Shown here in pieces: positions 7,977-13,865 of a DNA stretch of 13,865 nucleotides. Source of the stretch: Elusimicrobiota bacterium (GTDB lineage Bacteria; CG03; SLGR01; JBDRKX01). The notes under the pieces are model-generated. The model worked only from the letters and a program-made list of their open reading frames with translations. It had not been told where the DNA came from and searched no databases. Positions within the stretch are counted from its first letter, which is position 1. Each line of letters opens with the position of its first letter. Made by a program: the position numbers and the translations under genes. The stretch is taken from positions 1-13,865 of the forward strand of contig JBDRKX010000093.1 of the NCBI GenBank assembly GCA_043813605.1, written 5' to 3'.

Positions 7977-9140
7977 ATGAATAATAATAAAACTCCAATA
8001 ACACTTCTTGAAGAAATAGCCGAAAGATACAATCTGGCTAAATTGAAAAGCATCCTGAAAGAACCAGATACGCTCCTTGAAAAAGATATATATATATCAC
8101 TGGATAATATTGTAACAGCTGTTAAATCTGAAGATAATACGAAGAGCTCCCTTCAGGCTGCCAAGAATATTTACGGTTCTCCGATATTCAGTTTGAAAGA
8201 AGGCTTCCTGATAAAGAATGAGCCGGACATAAGCAAAGTTGTTGATGCCATGGAAACATTCTCATTCTGCTTCAAATTAAGTCCTTACCATGTAATCAAC
8301 ACGCTGCTTGCGCTGATAGAGGCACAGATAACCGGTTTCGAGCTTGAAGAGTTATGCAGAAAGGGTACAGAGCATATCGAGTCATTCATCCGGTATTCTC
8401 TGGAAAACAATACCGGCTGGAACGGCGACCATCTGAAAGCAGATAAGCCGGTTCTTATTATGCCTGTAGGCGCTGCCGGTTGCGGCAAATCTACTTTCTA
8501 TAGAGAACTTAATAATGTAGTTAATATTTCATGTGATAATATAAGGTACCTGCTTTTTAAGGAATTCGGACCATGTTTTGCCCCGTGGGAGAGTTGTCTT
8601 TCATGGTGGGTAGTAAACTATCTGACAGATAATTGGCTGGATCAGGGATACCATGTCTTCTATAACGGGGTCAACACGGATCTGGAGTACAGGTCGCCTA
8701 TAACTATGGAAAACAGTGATCCGCTATTTTCCGGGATGCCCTATGATATAAGAGTGGCTTATTTCGAGAACAGGGTCAATATGAACAGTGAAGAGATCGA
8801 AGAACTTAAGAATATAAACCTATGGAATACATCTATTGATGAAATCAACTTAAAAGGACTGTCTCCTAAAGTAGCGGAGATTATCACGATGATAAAGAAC
8901 AATTATCAGAGGACACTGGACAGAACAAAAGAAATATCCGAAGGAGTTAGTGCCCAGGACCCGTTTGATGTGCTGTATCCGGTTCCGGCTCCGATTATTA
9001 AATTATTCGTAGAGCAATCGTTCGAGCGTCCTTCAGGTAAAAATGTTATCGTGATTCCCCGCAAGGAAATCCCTGATGCAGATGAAAGAACTTCCTATTA
9101 CCGTAAATATGCCGGGATGATAGTGTCCGGTAATTCCTGA
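7977..9140 (+). CDS. P-loop NTPase / kinase-like protein (AAA_33-like) with an uncharacterised N-terminal region
   Basis: Walker A GAAGCGKST after a hydrophobic strand (VLIMPV), then ISCDNIR, which resembles the SxDxIR motif of polynucleotide-kinase-like proteins. Confidence 0.7.
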   Translation: MNNNKTPITLLEEIAERYNLAKLKSILKEPDTLLEKDIYISLDNIVTAVKSEDNTKSSLQAAKNIYGSPIFSLKEGFLIKNEPDISKVVDAMETFSFCFKLSPYHVINTLLALIEAQITGFELEELCRKGTEHIESFIRYSLENNTGWNGDHLKADKPVLIMPVGAAGCGKSTFYRELNNVVNISCDNIRYLLFKEFGPCFAPWESCLSWWVVNYLTDNWLDQGYHVFYNGVNTDLEYRSPITMENSDPLFSGMPYDIRVAYFENRVNMNSEEIEELKNINLWNTSIDEINLKGLSPKVAEIITMIKNNYQRTLDRTKEISEGVSAQDPFDVLYPVPAPIIKLFVEQSFERPSGKNVIVIPRKEIPDADERTSYYRKYAGMIVSGNS

Positions 9141-9196
9141 ATAAAAGAACCGGTCACTGTACGCCATAGGCAGGAATAGAGTGCCGCTGTTGTAAT

Positions 9197-9226
9197 TTGA
9201 CATTTAAAGTAAAACTAGGTTAAAAT
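9197..9226 (+). promoter_or_regulatory. sigma70-type promoter of the receiver gene
   Basis: TTGACA (9197-9202), 18-bp spacer, TAAAAT (9221-9226), 8 nt before ATG 9235. Confidence 0.6.
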
Positions 9227-9234
9227 CAATTATT

Positions 9235-9621
9235 ATGATGTTTACGAAACAGAAAAAAGCATTGATTGTTGACGACGAAGAAACTGTAAGAAATACAGCT
9301 TCTATGATATTCAAAGGCTGGAATTTAAATGTGACTGTTGCTGAGGACGGTAGTTCTGCGCTTAATGAAGTAAAAAAAATAAAACCCGATATTATCCTGC
9401 TGGATATACAGATGCCCGGCATAGACGGTTTTGAGGTATGCCGCATACTCAAGACAAAAAGAGAGACCAGGAAGATAAAGATAATTATGCTTACAGGCCT
9501 TGGAAAGACTTTTCAGGTAGACAGGGCTTTTGAGTCGGGTGCGGACGATTATGTGATAAAACCCGTAGACTGGGACCGGCTGAAAGAAAAAGTTTCAAGT
9601 TTGCTTAAGACGAAATTATAG
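9235..9621 (+). CDS. Single-domain response regulator (CheY-like receiver)
   Basis: LIVDDE, PDIILLDIQMPGIDG (phosphoacceptor Asp), IIMLT, GADDYVIKP; no output domain. Confidence 0.95.
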   Translation: MMFTKQKKALIVDDEETVRNTASMIFKGWNLNVTVAEDGSSALNEVKKIKPDIILLDIQMPGIDGFEVCRILKTKRETRKIKIIMLTGLGKTFQVDRAFESGADDYVIKPVDWDRLKEKVSSLLKTKL

Positions 9622-9728
9622 ATATCAGTTTTAACCATCTTACCGATTCAATCATGATGACACCAGTATCGCTGTCTGTTTATCGAGAACCAGCTGTAAT
9701 CTAAAGGCTGGAATCAAAAGGAGGAATA

Positions 9729-10136
9729 ATGGACTGCCCTGTTTGCAGAGAACCTATGCTGGTTCTGGAGCTCGAAGGTGTCGAAGTAGACCATTGTATT
9801 TCTTGCAGAGGTATCTGGCTGGATGCCGGTGAACTCGAACTCCTGCTTGGTGACAGTGACAAAAAAGACGAACTCATAGGCTCTTTTGATAATTGTGGAC
9901 ATTCAGGAGAAAGGGTCCTGAGGTGTCCCATCTGTCTGAAAAAGATGAATAAGATAATCTGCACAGTTGAAAGGAAGATATTAATAGACAGATGTCCGAA
10001 AAATGACGGCCTGTGGTTTGACGAAGGCGAGCTGCATGATATTATACAGCTGGCCGGATTTGATGGTGATAGCAGGGTGCTTGAACTTTTAGGAGATATG
10101 TTCGGGAAAAAGAAAAATGAAGGAGAACAATCATGA
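9729..10136 (+). CDS. Tandem zf-TFIIB-like zinc-ribbon protein
   Basis: Two repeats: CPVC...VDHCISCRGIWLDAGEL and CPIC...IDRCPKNDGLWFDEGEL; SD AGGAGG upstream; ATGA overlap with lemA. Confidence 0.88.
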   Translation: MDCPVCREPMLVLELEGVEVDHCISCRGIWLDAGELELLLGDSDKKDELIGSFDNCGHSGERVLRCPICLKKMNKIICTVERKILIDRCPKNDGLWFDEGELHDIIQLAGFDGDSRVLELLGDMFGKKKNEGEQS

Positions 10137-10684
10137 CTGTAACAATTCTGCTGGCAATAGTTATCATTACGGCGCTGGTTTTAGCCGTTATATACAATTC
10201 TCTTGTAGGACTCAGAAACCAGGTGCAGAACGCCTGGTCGCAGATAGATGTTCAGCTGAAGAGAAGACACGATCTGATACCCAATCTGATCGAAACGGCA
10301 AAAGGATATATGAAACATGAAAGAGAGACCCTGGAAAACATAACAAAAGCGCGGTCTCAGGCAATGGAAGCCAGGGATATATCTGACAGATCAAAGGCCG
10401 AGACTAATCTTAGCGGCGCTATGGACAAGTTTTTTCTTGTAGTTGAGAATTATCCTGATTTAAAGGCAAGTCAGAATTTTCTTTCTTTGCAGGAAGAACT
10501 GACTTCAACAGAAAATAAAATATCCTTTGCGCGGCAGAGTTATAATGACCGTGTCCTTTTCTTTAATAATAAAATACAGATGTTTCCTTCCAATATTATA
10601 GCAGGGATGTTCAATTTCAGGATCAGTGATTATTTTGAGATAGAAGAAAAAGAAAAAGAAGTACCCAAAGTGGATTTCTCCTGA
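10133..10684 (+). CDS. lemA: LemA family protein
   Basis: N-terminal TM helix; YNSLVGLRNQVQNAWSQIDVQLKRRHDLIPNL, ENYPDLKASQNF, TENKISFARQSYND, FPSNIIA. Confidence 0.97.
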   Translation: MTVTILLAIVIITALVLAVIYNSLVGLRNQVQNAWSQIDVQLKRRHDLIPNLIETAKGYMKHERETLENITKARSQAMEARDISDRSKAETNLSGAMDKFFLVVENYPDLKASQNFLSLQEELTSTENKISFARQSYNDRVLFFNNKIQMFPSNIIAGMFNFRISDYFEIEEKEKEVPKVDFS

Positions 10685-10730
10685 TCATACCTGGCAGGTC
10701 TTTTAGATAACAGCAAAAACAGGTAGATAT

Positions 10731-12017
10731 ATGTGGGAATTAATAAAAGAAAATAAAAGAAAGTCTCTGATACTGGTTTCTCTAATGGGTGTCTGTCTCG
10801 TATTGCTGGGATATGTAATCGGAGCATCTGTTTCGCCGGATGCAGGGATTGTAGGTGTATCCGTTGCTCTTGGTTTATGGATAGTAATGTCTTTTGTGAG
10901 TTATTTTGCAGGAGATAAAATGATCCTCAATATGAGCAAGGCGAAGCATGTTACCCAAGATGTACATCCTCAGCTTTTTAATATTGTTGAAGAGATGAAG
11001 ATCTCTGCCAATCTGCCGGTGATGCCGGAAGTATATATAATCGACGATCCGGCTCCGAATGCCTTTGCTACCGGTATTAAACCGGAAAAATGCGCTATTG
11101 CAGTAACAGCCGGGCTTCTGGGGAGGCTTAACCGAGATGAATTGCAGGGTGTTATTGCCCATGAGATGTCTCACATTATGAACAGGGATGTCCTTTTTAT
11201 GAGTTTTGCCGGAATATTACTGGGTAGTATAGTCATAATTTCTAATATATTTGTCAGAAGTATGTTTTACAGTTCTGCTTCAACACGCAGATACAGGCCG
11301 GGGAGGCAGGGTAATGCTCAAGGGCAGATCATCATGATTGTTGTTGCTGTGGTATTAGCGATACTGGCTCCTATAATGGCAAGGCTGTTGTATTTCGCTA
11401 TTTCGAGAAAAAGAGAATATCTGGCGGATGCTTCGGCAGTCAGACTTACAAGATATCCCGGCGGGCTGGCTTCCGCACTTGAAAAAATATCATCGGTAAA
11501 ACTTGACCTTGCATCTGCAAACAAAGTTACTGCGCCCTTATATATAGTGAATCCTCTTAAGAAAAAAGGAATGAAGATAGCGGATCTTACAAGTACACAT
11601 CCTCCCATTTCAGAAAGGGTAAGAATATTGCGTTCCATGACACATGGTGCCGGCTACACTGATTATCAGCAGGCATTTTCAAAGATCAGAAATGAACATT
11701 GTCTTCCTGCAGCAGCTTTACAGGATCATGAAAAAATAGAAATAAGAAAAGCATCTGTATCGGGTGAACAGGAATATTCCGAGAAGGATAAAAAAAGAGA
11801 AATAGGTAACTTGATGATGGCGGCAAACAATTATGCTTTCCTGATATGTGCGTGCGGCCTGAAGATAAAAGTCCCGCCGAATTTTAAAAAGGAAAAGTTA
11901 TCTTGTCCACGGTGCAGCAGGGATATTACGGTGCCTCTTTCAGGTCTAAAACTGGCGGCAGCAGCAACTTCAGCAAAAACAAAACCGGGGACATCCGGGG
12001 AAGAAAGAAGCGTATAA
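10731..12017 (+). CDS. htpX: HtpX-like M48 membrane zinc metalloprotease with C-terminal zinc ribbon
   Basis: PNAFATG, VIAHEMSH (HExxH), SRKREYLADA, STHPPISERV; four TM segments; CACG...CPRC extension; lies directly after lemA. Confidence 0.92.
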   Translation: MWELIKENKRKSLILVSLMGVCLVLLGYVIGASVSPDAGIVGVSVALGLWIVMSFVSYFAGDKMILNMSKAKHVTQDVHPQLFNIVEEMKISANLPVMPEVYIIDDPAPNAFATGIKPEKCAIAVTAGLLGRLNRDELQGVIAHEMSHIMNRDVLFMSFAGILLGSIVIISNIFVRSMFYSSASTRRYRPGRQGNAQGQIIMIVVAVVLAILAPIMARLLYFAISRKREYLADASAVRLTRYPGGLASALEKISSVKLDLASANKVTAPLYIVNPLKKKGMKIADLTSTHPPISERVRILRSMTHGAGYTDYQQAFSKIRNEHCLPAAALQDHEKIEIRKASVSGEQEYSEKDKKREIGNLMMAANNYAFLICACGLKIKVPPNFKKEKLSCPRCSRDITVPLSGLKLAAAATSAKTKPGTSGEERSV

Positions 12018-12135
12018 AAAAAAGACAACCGGCTGAGAATCATTCAGTTGTGGGTGCGGCCGGTTACTGCATCTCTCACCGTCATTCAACGGCACACATA
12101 TGATTTGCAGCACATTCGAAAAAAAACGCGTATAA
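12010..12135 (+). pseudogene. Decayed second zinc-ribbon segment of the HtpX-like gene (+1 frame)
   Basis: Frame from 12010 reads AYKKKTTG*ESFSCGCGRLLHLSPSFNGTHMICSTFEKKRV*, which parallels the in-frame ribbon AFLICACGLKIKVPPNFKKEKLSCPRC. Confidence 0.65.
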
Positions 12136-12222
12136 AAAACTGAAGTCATAGCGATTCGTGATTCCTGGTTTATAGCCTTTCTTGACTCATCTAACATATT
12201 TAGTATAAAATTATAATTTATA

Positions 12223-12239
12223 GTATAGGAATTTGAAAG
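12223..12239 (-). other. oriIS-like terminus
   Basis: Minus strand CTTTCAAATTCCTATAC matches the TTTxAAATTCCTAT-type motif of IS91/IS801/IS1294 ori ends, on the expected side and in the expected orientation. Confidence 0.75.
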
Positions 12240-12285
12240 TTTCAGACGAGAGAAAAATATTGTATCAAGAAAAAAGTGGAAATGG

Positions 12286-12567
12286 TCAGAAAAATTCATC
12301 ATCAAGCAGAGATTCAACAGAATCATGCTCAAAATGAGGGATACTACCGGCAAGGGCATCAAATATATAGGTTTTACCGCTCTTTGATTTATAGTTTACG
12401 GGTATAGCAAAGCCTGAGTGGCAGATATGGCACTCAACTTTAAGCGGACAGACAGAATCGTCCTTGTTATCAGCTTCAAGTTTGATGACAAACTTTTTGC
12501 TGAAAGATTCTTCTGCCTTGCAGTAAGTACATCGGAATAGAATAACAGGTTCTTTGAAAAAAATCAT
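12286..12567 (-). CDS. 93-aa zinc-ribbon hypothetical protein inside the IS91-like element
   Basis: ATG 12567-12565 overlaps the transposase TGA 12566-12564 (ATGA), which favours this start over 12630; CTYC...CHIC; acidic C-terminus ESLLDDEFF. Confidence 0.7.
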   Translation of the reverse strand: MIFFKEPVILFRCTYCKAEESFSKKFVIKLEADNKDDSVCPLKVECHICHSGFAIPVNYKSKSGKTYIFDALAGSIPHFEHDSVESLLDDEFF

Positions 12568-13739
12568 AAAGGCGCGCCGCGAATTTGTCTTGGGAAAACA
12601 ATACATGATAATTTCATAGGGGTATTGCATTTAAGGCAAAGAAAGGGGTCTATGCCATTTTGGATAAACATTCTGTCAGCCCATGAAAGGATTTTCCTGG
12701 AATTATGGAAAGTTGTTTTAAGAATCCGGTTGACGATATTACAGAGTCTGGTTTTGACTCTGTTGGCAAAGATCCCGGAATAGCGTATTTGTTTAAAATG
12801 CCTGTCAGGAATATGACGTATGATTCTTTTTATGAATTCTTCCACAGGCAAAGAGATAAAGACTTTTTTGTGGAGTTGTTTATCGTCAAACCAGAAAGAG
12901 ACAGATCGTCCGTCAAAAGAAGAGATTCTGGTTTCGGCGAGGACCGGGCGTTTGGCATAACGGCCGACATATTGAATGGTGAAAGAAAGGGAGTCAAGCT
13001 TTCTACCGATATGAACATACCAGATATAGCGACTGTAAAGCATGTTCAGAAAAGAGTTAAATGTGGAATATGAGCTAAGGAAATTAATAGATTTATGAGT
13101 CTGAAGTTTATTGTTTTTGAAGGAATTGCGAAGAAAAGAAATCACGTTGTATTTCCAGCGGGCTTTGAGGACTTTTTCCGGGAAGAAATTAATGGGAATC
13201 CAACTGGAGTAATCTAAGGATAAACCGCCGGAAGAAACAAGGATATGAATATGCGGATTGAATTTAATGTCTTTACCGAAGGTATGTATGACAGAGATAA
13301 TACCTGGGATGCAGTTTTTATACTCTTTAGTCCATGAAATAATAGAGTGAGAGGCAAGTTTGAACAAAGAATTCAATAAAAGTTTGCGGTTAATGAGGCA
13401 GAGAGAGCGTAATTGCTCGGGAAGAGTAAAGATAATATGCTGATATTTGAGTTGCGGGAATTTAGAGGTGCTTTTTTGAACCCAGTTATCGACAGCGATT
13501 TTCCCGCAGGAGGAACAGAAGCGGGATTTACAGGTGTGAGGAACGGTAAGAGACGAACCACATGAGAGGCAGATGTATTTATGAAATCCCAGGGCTTCGG
13601 TTTTGCAGGTGAAGATTTTTTCTACATTGAAATGAATGTCATCGCGGATAAGAGATTTATATTTATCGCTAAAGCGTAACCAGTTATCATTATGAAGAAA
13701 GATTTGCTTGATAGAAAATTTACCGCGGACAATTTCCAT
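12564..13739 (-). CDS. IS91-family transposase (HUH, Y2)
   Basis: Zinc-binding domain CLSCG...HTCKSRFCSSCG, QHIIFTLP, HTFG..IKFNPHIH (HUH), YVGRY (two catalytic Tyr), HIPDRHFKQIRYSG, C-terminal DPFLCLKC; frame intact. Confidence 0.96.
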   Translation of the reverse strand: MEIVRGKFSIKQIFLHNDNWLRFSDKYKSLIRDDIHFNVEKIFTCKTEALGFHKYICLSCGSSLTVPHTCKSRFCSSCGKIAVDNWVQKSTSKFPQLKYQHIIFTLPEQLRSLCLINRKLLLNSLFKLASHSIISWTKEYKNCIPGIISVIHTFGKDIKFNPHIHILVSSGGLSLDYSSWIPINFFPEKVLKARWKYNVISFLRNSFKNNKLQTHKSINFLSSYSTFNSFLNMLYSRYIWYVHIGRKLDSLSFTIQYVGRYAKRPVLAETRISSFDGRSVSFWFDDKQLHKKVFISLPVEEFIKRIIRHIPDRHFKQIRYSGIFANRVKTRLCNIVNRILKTTFHNSRKILSWADRMFIQNGIDPFLCLKCNTPMKLSCIVFPRQIRGAPL

Positions 13740-13745
13740 ATGAGT

Positions 13746-13773
13746 ATTATATATGTGAACACATATATGTCCA
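13746..13773 (-). promoter_or_regulatory. Transposase promoter with an internal inverted repeat
   Basis: Minus strand TGGACA (13773-13768), 16-bp spacer, TATAAT (13751-13746); ATATATGTG-AA-CACATATAT (13749-13768) spans the spacer. Confidence 0.55.
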
Positions 13774-13783
13774 AATTAGAAAG

Positions 13784-13865
13784 TTGTAAATAGCCTAATC
13801 ATTTCTTTATAATGGTTACGTTGTATAGGCGGAACCGTTCCGACATAGTCGGTAAAGAAGGAGGA
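13784..13865 (+). promoter_or_regulatory. Divergent promoter and SD for a gene starting beyond the window
   Basis: TTGTAA (13784-13789), 18-bp spacer, TATAAT (13808-13813); the window ends in AAGGAGGA (13858-13865). Confidence 0.4.

Larger units (their letters stand above)
12223..13840 (-). mobile_element. IS91-family rolling-circle insertion sequence (ori end about 12223; ter end tentative)
   Basis: HUH/Y2 transposase; oriIS-like CTTTCAAATTCCTATAC downstream of the transposase; short hairpins and a GTTC upstream; no terminal inverted repeats, as expected for the family. Confidence 0.75.

Noticed and set aside
427..12036. Stop-codon reassignment as an explanation for TAA 427 and TGA 12034
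   Set aside because: TAA and TGA both end clearly complete genes here (TAA for pit and the microgene; TGA for lemA, zf-TFIIB and the transposase), and frameshifts accompany both cases
12189..12195. ATCTAAC as an integron attC R'' box
   Set aside because: No matching GTTRRRY-bounded palindrome, cassette array or integrase
7051..12362. Antisense and alternate-frame ORFs over the binding protein, kinase, receiver, zf-TFIIB, lemA and htpX genes (e.g. 7051-7800, 11318-11638, 11970-12362)
   Set aside because: No motifs, and they overlap stronger genes; 11970-12362 also crosses the IS boundary
12568..12630. Upstream start at 12630 for the zinc-ribbon ORF
   Set aside because: It would overlap the transposase by 67 nt; the ATGA-coupled start at 12567 is more plausible
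1..13865. tRNA, rRNA, CRISPR array or known riboswitch
   Set aside because: None recognised by eye; an Infernal/Rfam scan, especially of 5955-6890, would be needed to exclude structured RNAs

Overview
Bacterial chromosomal window with AT-rich intergenic regions; the taxon cannot be fixed from the sequence, but the PorV-like barrel next to a CTD-bearing secreted protein is reminiscent of Elusimicrobiota-like lineages. Left to right: (1) one secreted seven-repeat beta-propeller gene with a T9SS/FlgD-like C-terminal domain (193-1744), broken by an in-frame TAA and a +1 frameshift, followed by a PorV/PorQ-like outer-membrane barrel; (2) a minus-strand pair of PiT-family transporter and CHASE2 class III adenylate cyclase; (3) an uncalled 30-aa Lys/Ala/Pro histone-H1-like microgene with its own promoter, RBS and terminator; (4) an orphan ABC substrate-binding protein, a P-loop kinase-like protein and a stand-alone receiver; (5) a zf-TFIIB / lemA / htpX-like operon whose protease has a decayed second zinc ribbon; (6) an IS91-family rolling-circle element with a recognisable oriIS and a translationally coupled 93-aa zinc-ribbon gene ending in an SSB-tail-like acidic-Phe tip. 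The best candidates for new biology are the IS91 accessory gene, the micro-histone unit and the T9SS-like cargo/PorV pair. All family calls come from motif recognition by eye; no searches were run.
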